Source: an uncultured bacterium
Lineage (GTDB): Bacteria > Gemmatimonadota > Gemmatimonadetes > Longimicrobiales > RSA9
Length of the DNA stretch: 64,000 nucleotides
Direction of reading: 5' to 3'
Assembly: GCA_937889645.1 (NCBI GenBank)
Contig: CALBZE010000091.1
Coordinates: 5,672 to 69,671, forward strand
Shown: positions 1-10,601 of the stretch, piece after piece
Numbering within the stretch: the stretch's first letter is position 1
How the letters are laid out: each line of letters begins with the position of its first letter
Position numbers and translations under genes: made by a program
Notes under the pieces: generated by a model
Database searches by the model: none
What the model saw: the letters and a program-made list of their open reading frames with translations, nothing else
Told to the model about the DNA's origin: nothing

Positions 1-177
1 CCAGAGCGCGCTGAAGACGCCCAGCTCCGTGTACGTCGGCTCGCGGCCCAGGATCGAGACGATTCGCTCGTACTCATCGGGCGACAGCCCGTGGTCCTCG
101 ACCAGCTCGGGAGTGATCGGCGGATCGCCGGGCAGCGGAGCCGGCCCCGTCTTCTTCGCGTCAGCTTCGTTGGCCAT
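1..177 (-). CDS. purL: Phosphoribosylformylglycinamidine synthase subunit PurL, N-terminal 59 aa (runs off window edge)
   Basis: Hand translation from ATG at 177: MANEADAKK...[31 protein letters not shown], the typical small-type PurL N-terminus; directly downstream of purQ. Confidence 0.93.
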   Translation of the reverse strand, partial: MANEADAKKTGPAPLPGDPPITPELVEDHGLSPDEYERIVSILGREPTYTELGVFSALW

Positions 178-210
178 GTCGGAGTGTTGCATGTGTCGAA
201 GGGCGCGGCG

Positions 211-912
211 CTACCGCGTCGCCCCCGCCAGGTGGTCGATCAGCGATTCGAACAACGGCAGCCCGTCCGTCGAGCCGAGCAGCGCCTCGACCGCCCGCTC
301 GGGGTGCGGCATCATCCCCAGCACGTTCCCGCCGTCGTTCACGATCCCCGCGATGTTGCGGGCCGAACCGTTCGGATTCGCCGCATCCGTCGCCGCGCCG
401 TCCGCGTCCACGTATCGGAAGACGACGCGGCGCTCGGCCTCGAGCCGGTCCAGCGTCGCGTCGTCCGCGATGTAGCTGCCCTCGCCGTGGGCGATCGGGA
501 TGCGTAGCAGCTGCCCTTGGCTGTAGCGCGTCGTGTACGGCGTCGACGCGTTCTCGACCCGCAGGTAGACGGGCATGCTCCGGAACTTGAGGGTCCTGTT
601 GCGGATCAGCGCGCCCGGCAGGAGCCCGGCCTCGCAGAGGACCTGGAAGCCGTTGCAGATCCCGAGCACCGGCCCGCCCTCGGCCGCGAAGCGCTGGACC
701 GCACCCATGATCGGGCTCGACCGCGCGATCGCGCCCGCGCGCAGATAATCGCCGTAGCTGAACCCGCCGGGGAGGATCACCGCATCCGCGCCGCCCAGGT
801 CCGTGTCCCGGTGCCAGACGTAGGTCGCCTCGGCGCCCAGCACGTCCTTCACGGCGCGGTAGCAGTCGTAGTCGCAGTTCGACCCCGGGAACGTCACGAT
901 CGCAATGCGCAT
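211..912 (-). CDS. purQ: FGAM synthase glutaminase subunit PurQ
   Basis: [28 protein letters not shown] and MMPHPER class I GATase motifs. Confidence 0.97.
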   Translation of the reverse strand: MRIAIVTFPGSNCDYDCYRAVKDVLGAEATYVWHRDTDLGGADAVILPGGFSYGDYLRAGAIARSSPIMGAVQRFAAEGGPVLGICNGFQVLCEAGLLPGALIRNRTLKFRSMPVYLRVENASTPYTTRYSQGQLLRIPIAHGEGSYIADDATLDRLEAERRVVFRYVDADGAATDAANPNGSARNIAGIVNDGGNVLGMMPHPERAVEALLGSTDGLPLFESLIDHLAGATR

Positions 913-916
913 GGGG

Positions 917-1168
917 CTACCCGCGGACCTCCACTTCGTAGTCTTCCGTCACGGGGTTGGCCAGCAGCTTGCGGCACATCTCGTCCGCCCGCGCGCGCGC
1001 CGCGTCGACCGAGTCCGCGGCGATGCGGAGCCGCACCAGCCGCCCGACCCGTACCCCGGACGCACCCTGGAACTCCAGCGACCGCAGCGCGTTCTCGACC
1101 GCCTTCCCCTGCGGGTCCAAGAGCCCCTGCCGGGGCATGATCCTGACTTCGACCTGGTATTCGCTCAC
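917..1168 (-). CDS. purS: FGAM synthase subunit PurS
   Basis: LLDPQGKAV...[13 protein letters not shown] motifs; GTG start at 1168 gives 83 aa. Confidence 0.93.
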   Translation of the reverse strand: MSEYQVEVRIMPRQGLLDPQGKAVENALRSLEFQGASGVRVGRLVRLRIAADSVDAARARADEMCRKLLANPVTEDYEVEVRG

Positions 1169-1217
1169 TTGTTTCCCTCTGACGTTCCCGGTCCAAGACG
1201 AACCGGTCATCCGATCA

Positions 1218-1277
1218 CACCTGCCCGCCGGCACCTTGCCACCCACACCTTGCCGCCCACCCCACCCGATCCACCCC
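1218..1277. repeat. Three 14-bp tandem repeats followed by a G-quadruplex-type motif (G-rich on - strand) in the pssA-purS spacer
   Basis: CACCTGCCCGCCGG (1218), CACCTTGCCACCCA (1232), CACCTTGCCGCCCA (1246); the - strand of 1256-1277 reads GGGG-TGGATC-GGG-T-GGGG-T-GGG. Confidence 0.6.
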
Positions 1278-1304
1278 TCCGTCCGCGACCGCGCTCCTGC
1301 TCCG

Positions 1305-2162
1305 TCACTCCCCCTCGCGCGGCCGCCGCCGCTTCAGCCGCCACCGACGATGGGGCGAGAGCTCGTCGTAGTCGATCTCCCTCAGCTCCGCGCCCGCCTC
1401 GTCTCCGCCTTCCTCGTCCAGGAGCGGGTCGCGTTCCGGCAGCCGCTCGAAGAAGCCGAGGACGAACGCCTTCAACACGCCGTACGCCACGTACCCGACG
1501 AGGGCGGGGAAGAAGAACAGCGACGGCACCGTGAGCGCGGCCACGATCACGGCCACCAGCAGCGCCAGCGTCGCGAGCCCTTTCGCCGAACGGAAGCCGA
1601 ACTTCGGCACGACCGGGTACAGCACGTGGCTCATCATCAGCGTGCCGAGCAGGAACATCAGCACGATGATCAGGACCGGCCACGGCAGCGAGGCGAGGTG
1701 CTGCTGGAAGAAATTCGTCTGGCTGAACGGGTAGAAGGTGGCCAGCGTCATCCCCGCGGACGGCGACGGCAGCCCGTGGAACGCGACCTTCGCGTGCCCC
1801 GCCTGCTCCACGTTGAAGCGCGCCAGCCGGATGACCGCCGAGCTGACGTAGTAGAAGGCGACGAGCCAGCTCCACGTCCCGTCCGCCAGGAAGAGATGGT
1901 AGATGATCAGCGCCGGCGCGACGCCGAAGCTGATCGCATCGACCAGCGAGTCCAACTCCTCGCCGAAGCGGCTCCCGGTCTGCGTCACGCGCGCGACCCG
2001 GCCGTCCAGCGTGTCGGCGATCCCGGCGAACACGATCAGCCACGCCGCGGTCGTGAACTCCCCGCGCGCCGCGGAGACGATTGCCCAGATCCCGAAGAAC
2101 AGGTTGCCGAGCGTGAGCGCGCTCGGAACGATGATGACGCCCTGCTGAAGGCGACGACTCAT
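1305..2162 (-). CDS. pssA: CDP-diacylglycerol--serine O-phosphatidyltransferase (CDP-alcohol phosphotransferase family)
   Basis: PSALTLGN, DTLDGRVAR...FGEELDSLVDAISFG motif, IRLARFN, GLPSP; ATG 2162 overlaps the purC stop. Confidence 0.88.
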   Translation of the reverse strand: MSRRLQQGVIIVPSALTLGNLFFGIWAIVSAARGEFTTAAWLIVFAGIADTLDGRVARVTQTGSRFGEELDSLVDAISFGVAPALIIYHLFLADGTWSWLVAFYYVSSAVIRLARFNVEQAGHAKVAFHGLPSPSAGMTLATFYPFSQTNFFQQHLASLPWPVLIIVLMFLLGTLMMSHVLYPVVPKFGFRSAKGLATLALLVAVIVAALTVPSLFFFPALVGYVAYGVLKAFVLGFFERLPERDPLLDEEGGDEAGAELREIDYDELSPHRRWRLKRRRPREGE

Positions 2163-3124
2163 CGGCCTCCTCGCTCGGGTGACGGCTGCGCCGGGTCGTG
2201 GACGGGGAAATCCTCCAGCGCGTACCCCGTGAGACGGCGGAACACGTCGCGGTAGCGTCGCGACGTCGCCTCGACGACCTCCGGCGGCAGCTCCGGCGCC
2301 GGCGGCCGCTTGTCCCACTCGCCGCGCCCGACCAGCGATTCCAGGTAGTCCCGCACCGGCTGCTTGTCCAGCGACGGCTGGCCGCGACCCGGCGCGTAGC
2401 TCTCCTTCGGCCAGAACCGCGACGAATCCGGCGTCAGCACCTCGTCGATCAGCAGCACCGTGCCGTCCGGCAGGCGCCCGAACTCGAACTTGGTGTCCGC
2501 GATGATGATGTCCGCCGCGGCCGCGATCTCCCGGCCGCGCTCGTAGATCGCGAGGCTCCGCGCCCGGAGCAGCTCCGCCGCCTCGTCGCCGATCCGACGT
2601 CGCACCTCGTCGAAGGTGATGTTCTCGTCGTGCCCTTCGACCGCCTTCGTCGCCGGCGAGAAGATCGGCGGGTCGAGCCGGTCGCTCTCGGCCAGCCCGG
2701 GCGGGAGCGGCTCACCCGCCAGCGTCCCGGTCCGACGGTACTCCGCCCACGCCGAGCCCGAGAGGTACCCGCGCACCACGCACTCCACGGGGAACGGCTC
2801 GGTTCGCCGCACCAGCATCGACCGCCGCGCCCACTCCGCCTCCAGCCCGGCCAGCCCCGGCACCTCGCGGGCGATCGCGGCGGGATCGACCGAGATCAGG
2901 TGGTTCGGCGTGATGTCCTCCAGCCGCGCCAGCCACCACGCGGTGATCAGCGTCAGCACCTCGCCCTTGTGCGGGATCGGCTGCGGCAGCACCACGTCGA
3001 ACGCGCTGATCCGGTCCGTCGCGACCATGAGCAGCCGGTCGCCGCCCACGTCGTAGACGTCGCGGACCTTCCCCCGCGCGACGAGAGGGAAGGGGAGCCG
3101 AGTTTCCGCCACCGTCGGCGTCAT
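2159..3124 (-). CDS. purC: SAICAR synthase
   Basis: RGKVRDVY, ATDRISAFD, ECVVRGY, ADTKFEFG, DEVLTPDSSRFW motifs. Confidence 0.96.
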   Translation of the reverse strand: MTPTVAETRLPFPLVARGKVRDVYDVGGDRLLMVATDRISAFDVVLPQPIPHKGEVLTLITAWWLARLEDITPNHLISVDPAAIAREVPGLAGLEAEWARRSMLVRRTEPFPVECVVRGYLSGSAWAEYRRTGTLAGEPLPPGLAESDRLDPPIFSPATKAVEGHDENITFDEVRRRIGDEAAELLRARSLAIYERGREIAAAADIIIADTKFEFGRLPDGTVLLIDEVLTPDSSRFWPKESYAPGRGQPSLDKQPVRDYLESLVGRGEWDKRPPAPELPPEVVEATSRRYRDVFRRLTGYALEDFPVHDPAQPSPERGGR

Positions 3125-3215
3125 GCCGCCATCCCTCCGACGGCGGTCATGCCTGCCGCCGCCGCGCCTGCCGGGCCCGCGCCACGCCGCTCGTGCGCCT
3201 GCATCGCCATTTTCA

Positions 3216-4670
3216 TCACACCTTCGGCTCCGGCGCCTCCAGCTCGACGCCGTAGCGCGCAAGCACCGGCTCGACCGCGTCCACCAGGAACGCGTCGACC
3301 TGCTCGGGCGCGCGGCCGATGTGCCGCGCCGGGTCCAGGATCTCCTCGATCTCCTGCTTCGTCAGCCGGAACGCCGGGTCGCCCGCGATCCGGTCCGCCA
3401 GGTCGTTCTCCGCGCCCTCGTCCTTCATCCGGTTGGCCGCGGCCACCGAATGCTGCCGGATCCGCTCGTGCAGGTCCTGACGATCGCCGCCCTCCTTGAC
3501 CCCCCGCATCAGGATCGCCTCCGTCGACATGAACGGCAGCTCCTCCAGCAGGTGGCGGCGGATCACCGGCTCGTGCACGACCAGCCCCGCGGCCACGTTG
3601 TGGTAGAGCATCAGGAAGGCGTCGGTCGACAGGTACGCCTCGGGGATCGAGATCCGCTTGTTCGCCGAGTCGTCGAGCGTGCGCTCGAGCCACTGCGCCG
3701 CGGCCGTGACCGCCGGGTCCAGCGAGAGCGTGATGACGTGCCGTGCCAGCGCGTTGATCCGCTCCGCCCGCATCGGGTTGCGCTTGTACGCCATCGCCGA
3801 CGAGCCGATCTGCTCCTTCCCGAACGGCTCCTCGACCTCGCGCAGGTGCTGGAGCAGCCGCAGGTCGTTCGCGAACTTGGACGCCGACGTCGCGATCCCG
3901 GCCAGCGTGGCGAGGAACGCGTAGTCGGCCTTGCGCGGGTAGGTCTGGCCCGTGACCCAGAAGAGCTCGTCGAACCCCATCTTCGCGGCGACCCGGCGGT
4001 TCAGCTCGACCACCTTCGCGTGGTCGCCCTCGAACAGCTCGAGGAAGCTCGCCTCGGTACCGGTCGTGCCGCGGATCCCGCGGAAGCGTAGCGTCGCCAG
4101 GCGGTGCTCGACCTCCTCCAGGTCCAGCAGCAGGTCCTGGATCCAGAGCGTCGCGCGCTTGCCGACCGTCGTCGGCTGCGCGGGCTGGAAGTGGGTGTAG
4201 CCGAGCGTCGGCAGTGCGCGGTAGCGACGGGCGAAGTCCGCCAGCGCCGCGATCGTTGCCACGAGCCGCTTCCGCACCAGCAGCATCGCCTCGCGGTGCT
4301 GGATCAGGTCGGTGTTGTCGCCGACGTACGCGCTCGTGGCGCCCAGGTGGATGATCCCCCGCGCCGCCGGCGCCACCTCGCCGAAGTGGTGAACGTGCGC
4401 CATGACGTCGTGCCGGAGCCGGCGCTCCAGCTCCGCCGCGCGACCGAGGTCGATCTCGTCGATCCTCTCGCGCATCTGCGCGATCGCCTCCTCCGGGATC
4501 GGCAGCCCCAGCTCGCGCTGGCTCTCGGCGAGGGCGATCCAGAGGCGCCGCCACGTCGTGTACTTGAACGCCGGCGAGAAGATCCGGCTCATCTCCTCGG
4601 AGGCGTACCGCTCGACCAGCGGGTTCTGGTACGACGTCGGCGCGCCGCCTCGCTCGTCCTCTCGTCTCAC
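3216..4670 (-). CDS. purB: Adenylosuccinate lyase
   Basis: RHDVMAH, IHLGATS, GYTHFQPAQPTTVGKR and the fumarate-lyase signature GSSAMAYKRNP. Confidence 0.96.
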   Translation of the reverse strand: MRREDERGGAPTSYQNPLVERYASEEMSRIFSPAFKYTTWRRLWIALAESQRELGLPIPEEAIAQMRERIDEIDLGRAAELERRLRHDVMAHVHHFGEVAPAARGIIHLGATSAYVGDNTDLIQHREAMLLVRKRLVATIAALADFARRYRALPTLGYTHFQPAQPTTVGKRATLWIQDLLLDLEEVEHRLATLRFRGIRGTTGTEASFLELFEGDHAKVVELNRRVAAKMGFDELFWVTGQTYPRKADYAFLATLAGIATSASKFANDLRLLQHLREVEEPFGKEQIGSSAMAYKRNPMRAERINALARHVITLSLDPAVTAAAQWLERTLDDSANKRISIPEAYLSTDAFLMLYHNVAAGLVVHEPVIRRHLLEELPFMSTEAILMRGVKEGGDRQDLHERIRQHSVAAANRMKDEGAENDLADRIAGDPAFRLTKQEIEEILDPARHIGRAPEQVDAFLVDAVEPVLARYGVELEAPEPKV

Positions 4671-4677
4671 TCCACCC

Positions 4678-6174
<1,497 letters not shown>

Positions 6175-6179
6175 AAATC

Positions 6180-6848
6180 TCAGATCTTGCGTAGTGATTC
6201 CGGGAGCTTCGCCCAGTCCGCCAGGAAAGCGTCCAGCCCCTTGTCCGTGAGCGGGTGCTCCAGGAGCTGGTAGAGCACCTTCGGCGGGATCGTCGCCACG
6301 TCCGCCCCGAGGAGCGCCGCCTGCACCACGTGCTGCGGGCTCCGCACCGACGCGACGAGCACCTCCGTCTCGAAGTCGTAGTTCTGGTAGATCTGCACGA
6401 TCTGCGCGATCAGTTCCATCCCGTCCGAGCTGATGTCGTCCAGCCGCCCGACGAACGGCGAGATGTACGTCGCGCCCGCCTTCGCCGCGAGGAGCGCCTG
6501 CGACGGCGTGAAGCACAGCGTCACGTTGACCCTGATCCCCTCGGCCCGGAACTGACGGCACGCCCGGAGCCCGGCCTCGATCAGCGGCACCTTGATCACG
6601 ATGTTGTCCGCGATCTTCGCCAGCTCGCGCCCCTCGCGCACCATCCCTTCCGTGTCGGTCGCGACGACCTCCGCGCTGATCGGGCCGTCCACCGCCCGGC
6701 AGATCTCCGCCAGGATCTCGCGTGGGTTCCCCTCCGCGCCCGCGGCCTTCGCCAGCAGCGACGGGTTCGTCGTGATCCCGTCGATCAGCCCGGCTTCCGC
6801 CGCTCGGCGGATCTCCGACAGATCGGCGGTGTCAAGGAAGATCTTCAT
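6180..6848 (-). CDS. tal: Transaldolase (short FSA/TAL family)
   Basis: [32 protein letters not shown]; the Glu in SAEV and Phe in SPF favour transaldolase over fructose-6-phosphate aldolase. Confidence 0.9.
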   Translation of the reverse strand: MKIFLDTADLSEIRRAAEAGLIDGITTNPSLLAKAAGAEGNPREILAEICRAVDGPISAEVVATDTEGMVREGRELAKIADNIVIKVPLIEAGLRACRQFRAEGIRVNVTLCFTPSQALLAAKAGATYISPFVGRLDDISSDGMELIAQIVQIYQNYDFETEVLVASVRSPQHVVQAALLGADVATIPPKVLYQLLEHPLTDKGLDAFLADWAKLPESLRKI

Positions 6849-7635
6849 TCCCGGCCTCCTCGAGTTGCCGCTCGGTTTCGTTATACGCCACATGCGTCAG
6901 GAAGAGCCCCTCCGGCGGCGCCGGCGGCGACGTCTCCAGCCCCGGCTCGTCGGCGAGCAGGTGCGCCATCTCCTCCACCGGCCGCCGCCCCAGCGCCATC
7001 TCCACCATCGTCCCCACCAGGTATCGGACCATGTGGTGCAGGAAGCGGTTCGCCGTGACGTGGAACTCGACGCCGAGACCGCGCCAGTCCCGCCACTCGG
7101 CTCGCATCACCGTGCACCGGTCGCCGCGCTCTTCCTGGCCCGCCTTGGCGAATGCCCGGAACGAGTGATCGCCCACGATCTCGCGGGCCGCCGCGTCCAG
7201 CGCGGACCGATCCAGATCCCGCGCCAGCGGCCAGCACCAGCGCCGCCGGAACGGCGACAGCGCCGCCTCCGACGTACCTACCCGATACACGTAGCTCCGC
7301 GCCGTCGCATCGAAGCGCGCGTGGAAGTCCAGCGGCACCTCCTCCGCGGCGCTCACCCGGACGTCGTGCGGTAGGATCGCGTTCAGCGCCCTGCGTAGCG
7401 ATTCCGCCGTCCACTTCTCGGGGACCAGGACCGACGCCACCTGCCCCGTGGCATGGACGCCCCGGTCCGTCCGCCCGGCGCCCACGACCGTCGTCGGACG
7501 GTTGGCCAGCCGCGACACGGCTTCCTCCAGCACGCCCTGGATCGTGCGCGCTCCCGGCTGCACCTGCCAGCCGTAGAACCCGCCTCCGTCGTACTGCAGC
7601 GTGAGCTTGATCCGGCGCTCGTTCGGGGATGACAC
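6832..7635 (-). CDS. truA: tRNA pseudouridine(38-40) synthase TruA
   Basis: [25 protein letters not shown] (catalytic Asp), [22 protein letters not shown]; start uncertain (7635 or 7656). Confidence 0.95.
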   Translation of the reverse strand: MSSPNERRIKLTLQYDGGGFYGWQVQPGARTIQGVLEEAVSRLANRPTTVVGAGRTDRGVHATGQVASVLVPEKWTAESLRRALNAILPHDVRVSAAEEVPLDFHARFDATARSYVYRVGTSEAALSPFRRRWCWPLARDLDRSALDAAAREIVGDHSFRAFAKAGQEERGDRCTVMRAEWRDWRGLGVEFHVTANRFLHHMVRYLVGTMVEMALGRRPVEEMAHLLADEPGLETSPPAPPEGLFLTHVAYNETERQLEEAGNEDLP

Positions 7636-7711
7636 GGCGGCGAAAGCTACGTGCACGCGTGTGAGTGTCAAGCGGTCGCGCACCCGCCGTTCCGGCCGTC
7701 GCCCCGCCGCG

Positions 7712-7741
7712 TTGACACCCCGCGAGCGCACCGAATACAAT
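7712..7741 (+). promoter_or_regulatory. Sigma70-type promoter of trpD
   Basis: TTGACA (7712-7717), 18-bp spacer, TACAAT (7736-7741), 31 bp before the trpD ATG. Confidence 0.7.
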
Positions 7742-7772
7742 CCGTCGTTCGTGCCCCCAAATTGGAGTCCAG

Positions 7773-8837
7773 ATGCCGACCACCAGGGAAGTCGAGCCCG
7801 CCGGGCTCGCGCCGTACCTCGCCCGCGTCGCGGCGGGAGCCACCCTTTCGGGCGACGAAGCCGAGGCCGCGTTCGGCGCCATCATGGACGGTACCGCGTC
7901 CCACATCCAGACGGCCTCTCTCCTCGTCGCGCTCCGCGTGCGCGGCGAGACGCCCGCGGAGATCGCCGGCGGTGTGCGCGCACTGCGCCGCGCCATGATC
8001 CACGTCCGCGCCCCCGAAGGGGAGCCGCTCCTCGACACCTGCGGGACGGGCGGCGGCGCCTTCACCACCTTCAACATCTCGACCGCCGCGGCCCTCGTCG
8101 CCGCCGGCGCGGGCGTGCGCATCGCCAAGCACGGCAACCGCTCCTTCACCTCCAGGAGCGGGAGCGCCGACGTCCTCGAGGCGCTCGGCGTCGTCATCGA
8201 CCTCACCCCGGACGCCATGGCCGACGTCCTGGACGAGGCGGGCATCGTCTTCATGTTCGCGCCGCTCCTCCACCCGGCAATGCGCCACGCGGCGCCGGTG
8301 CGGCGCGAGCTCGGCATCCCGACCATCATGAACCTGCTCGGGCCGCTGACCAACCCGGCGGGCGCCCGCCGTCAGGTCGTCGGCGTGTCCGATCCGTCGC
8401 GCCTGGACGTCGTGGCCGACGCCCTCCGCGAGCTCGGGCACGACCGCGCCCTCGTCGTGCACGGGGAACCCGGCCTGGACGAGCTGAGCCCGATCGGACC
8501 GTCCGAGGTCGTGGAGCTTCGCGACGGAACGCTCGCCAGGTTCCGCTTCGACCCCGCCGATCGTCTCGGTTGGAAAGGCTTCGATCCCGCCGACCTCGCC
8601 GGCGGAGACCCGGCCGACAACGCCCGCATCATCGAGGACGTCCTCACGGGCCGGCGCACGGGCGCCGCCCGCGCCGCCGTCGTCCTCAACGCCGCCGCCG
8701 CCCTCTTCGTGGCCGACCGCGTCGAGTCGCTCGAGGACGGCGTCGCCCTGGCCGAGCGTATCATCGATGGAGGCGCCGCATACGACGCCCTCGAGCGCCT
8801 CAGGGAGGCGTCCCGCAAGGCCGCCGCACGGGCCTGA
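7773..8837 (+). CDS. trpD: Anthranilate phosphoribosyltransferase
   Basis: DTCGTGGG, FNIST, KHGNRS, SGSADVLEALG, NLLGPLTNP, GLDELS. Confidence 0.97.
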   Translation: MPTTREVEPAGLAPYLARVAAGATLSGDEAEAAFGAIMDGTASHIQTASLLVALRVRGETPAEIAGGVRALRRAMIHVRAPEGEPLLDTCGTGGGAFTTFNISTAAALVAAGAGVRIAKHGNRSFTSRSGSADVLEALGVVIDLTPDAMADVLDEAGIVFMFAPLLHPAMRHAAPVRRELGIPTIMNLLGPLTNPAGARRQVVGVSDPSRLDVVADALRELGHDRALVVHGEPGLDELSPIGPSEVVELRDGTLARFRFDPADRLGWKGFDPADLAGGDPADNARIIEDVLTGRRTGAARAAVVLNAAAALFVADRVESLEDGVALAERIIDGGAAYDALERLREASRKAAARA

Positions 8838-8974
8838 TTGGATGGATAGGGTAGGGAGGTGAGGCGCGACCGCCGACGAGTCGCCCGATGCCGCTGCCTG
8901 GACTCACGGTGCGCCGAAGTCCCGGCCGCCCGCGAGACGCCCGGCCGCGTGTGAGAATCCCGCCGCGGTCGCCC

Positions 8975-9103
8975 TCAGTTCGCCGAGACCACCGCCGTCA
9001 GCGTCCACGGCCCCCGGATCGGCGCCACGGCCTGCTGAACGATCACTACGAGCATCCCGCGCCGCGTGCGGCGCCCCACCACGAACGTGTGCTTCGGACC
9101 CAT
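8975..9103 (-). CDS. Putative 42-aa microprotein translationally coupled to lexA
   Basis: ATG overlaps the lexA TAA (TAATG at 9105-9101); MGPKHTFVVGRRTRRGMLVVIVQQAVAPIRGPWTLTAVVSAN. No homology evidence available. Confidence 0.45.
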   Translation of the reverse strand: MGPKHTFVVGRRTRRGMLVVIVQQAVAPIRGPWTLTAVVSAN

Positions 9104-9714
9104 TACCGGTACCTCCGGATCACCCCGATCACGATCCCCTGGATCTTGACGTCCGACGCCGGGAAGTACATCGGCGGCATCGTCGGATTCGCCGGCTGCA
9201 GCCGCACCCGACCGTCCGACTCCCGGTAGAACTTCTTCACCGTCGCCGACTCGCCGTTCACCAGCGCCACTACCATCTCGCCGTTGTGCGCGGTCTCGCG
9301 CGAGTTCACGATGATGTAGTCGCCGTCCCGGATCTGCTCGTCGATCATCGAGTCCCCGTTCACGCGGAGCACGTAGTTGTAGCCGCCCCGCGCCAGCATG
9401 TCCTCGGGGACCGCGATCGTCTCCGTGTCCTGCACCGCCTCGATCGGTAGCCCCGCCGCCACCTTCCCCAGCAGCGGCAGCTCGACCGCCGACACCCGCA
9501 TCTGCGTCGGGAGCAGCTCGATCGACCGGCTCTCGTTGTAGCTCTTTCGGATGTAGCCCTTGCGCTGCAGATTCTCCAGGTGCTCGTGCACCGTCGCGAG
9601 CGACGAGAACCGGAAGTGCCGCGCGATCTCCTCGAAGCTCGGCGAGTAGCCGTGGTCCTCGTAGTATTCGTTCAGGTAGTCGAGGATCTCTTTCTGGCGT
9701 TTGGTCAGGGCCAT
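9103..9714 (-). CDS. lexA: SOS repressor LexA
   Basis: LTKRQKEILDYL winged-HTH, VAAG cleavage site, GDSM Ser and TVKK Lys of the S24 peptidase. Confidence 0.96.
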   Translation of the reverse strand: MALTKRQKEILDYLNEYYEDHGYSPSFEEIARHFRFSSLATVHEHLENLQRKGYIRKSYNESRSIELLPTQMRVSAVELPLLGKVAAGLPIEAVQDTETIAVPEDMLARGGYNYVLRVNGDSMIDEQIRDGDYIIVNSRETAHNGEMVVALVNGESATVKKFYRESDGRVRLQPANPTMPPMYFPASDVKIQGIVIGVIRRYR

Positions 9715-9751
9715 CTCGTTCCTCCCGCGGTACCGGGTTCACGCCATCGGC

Positions 9752-9793
9752 CCGAACAGGGACCGAAGATAACGTACCCGAAAAGATACCGAA
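9752..9793. promoter_or_regulatory. Candidate LexA operator pair: two CCGAA-N6-CCGAA direct repeats
   Basis: CCGAA at 9752, 9763, 9778 and 9789 (spacings 11, 15, 11) in the 90-bp lexA/trpC divergent spacer. Confidence 0.55.
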
Positions 9794-9804
9794 GCGCAAG
9801 GGTC

Positions 9805-10599
9805 ATGGATGTGCTGCGCCGAATCGTCAGGGCGAAGCGGGCCGAAATCGAGGCGCTGCGCCACCGGGCGCGGGACTTTCGCGACGCCGCCGAGGCGCTC
9901 GACGCGCCACGGCCGTTCGCCGCGGCGCTGCGCCGCGACGGGGAAGTCGCGCTGATCGCCGAGATCAAGCGACGCTCGCCGTCGGCGGGTTGGATCCGGC
10001 CGGGCGCCTCGCCGGCCGAGGTGGCGCGGGCGTACGAGGCGGCGGGCGCGGCCTCGCTGAGCGTCCTCACGGACGGCGAGTTCTTCGGCGGCTCGCTGGA
10101 CGACCTGCGCGAGGCGCGCGCGACGGTCGCGTTGCCCGTGCTGCGCAAGGATTTCATCCTCGATCCGGTGCAGGTCTGGCAGGCGCGTGCGGCGGGCGCG
10201 GACGCGGTCCTGCTGATCGTCCGCATTCTGGACGACGCGGAGCTCGTCGACCTGCACCGCCTCGCGGGCGAGCTGGGGCTGGGCGTGCTCGTCGAGGTGC
10301 ACTCGGCGGAGGAATTGGATCGCGCGCTCGCGGCTGGCGCGGAGGTCATCGGGGTGAACAACAGGGATCTCGCGACGTTCCGCACGGACTTGTCCGTCGT
10401 GCTCGACCTGGCCGGCCGGGTGCCGGCCGACCGCACGCTCGTCGCCGAGAGCGGGATCCGCACGCCGGAGGACGTGGACCGGCTGGGCGCGGTGGGCGTC
10501 CACGCGATCCTGGTGGGCGAGTCGCTCATGCGCGCGCCGGACGTCGGGGCCGCAGCGGCCGCGCTCGCTCGCCGGCCGCGGGAGGCGAGGACCGCGTGA
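9805..10599 (+). CDS. trpC: Indole-3-glycerol phosphate synthase
   Basis: IAEIKRRSPS, SVLTD, LRKDF, LVEVH, GVNNRDL, AESGI, LVGESLM. Confidence 0.96.
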   Translation: MDVLRRIVRAKRAEIEALRHRARDFRDAAEALDAPRPFAAALRRDGEVALIAEIKRRSPSAGWIRPGASPAEVARAYEAAGAASLSVLTDGEFFGGSLDDLREARATVALPVLRKDFILDPVQVWQARAAGADAVLLIVRILDDAELVDLHRLAGELGLGVLVEVHSAEELDRALAAGAEVIGVNNRDLATFRTDLSVVLDLAGRVPADRTLVAESGIRTPEDVDRLGAVGVHAILVGESLMRAPDVGAAAAALARRPREARTA

Positions 10600-10601
10600 G
10601 C

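Noticed and set aside
7742-7772. Possible trp attenuator or leader peptide before trpD (also checked before trpC)
   Set aside because: The leader is too short, has no Trp-codon-containing ORF, and shows no alternative hairpins.
8838-8866. G-rich tract after trpD (GGATGGATAGGGTAGGGAGGTGAGG)
   Set aside because: Only two G3 runs, so it does not meet the canonical G4 pattern; unremarkable at this GC content.
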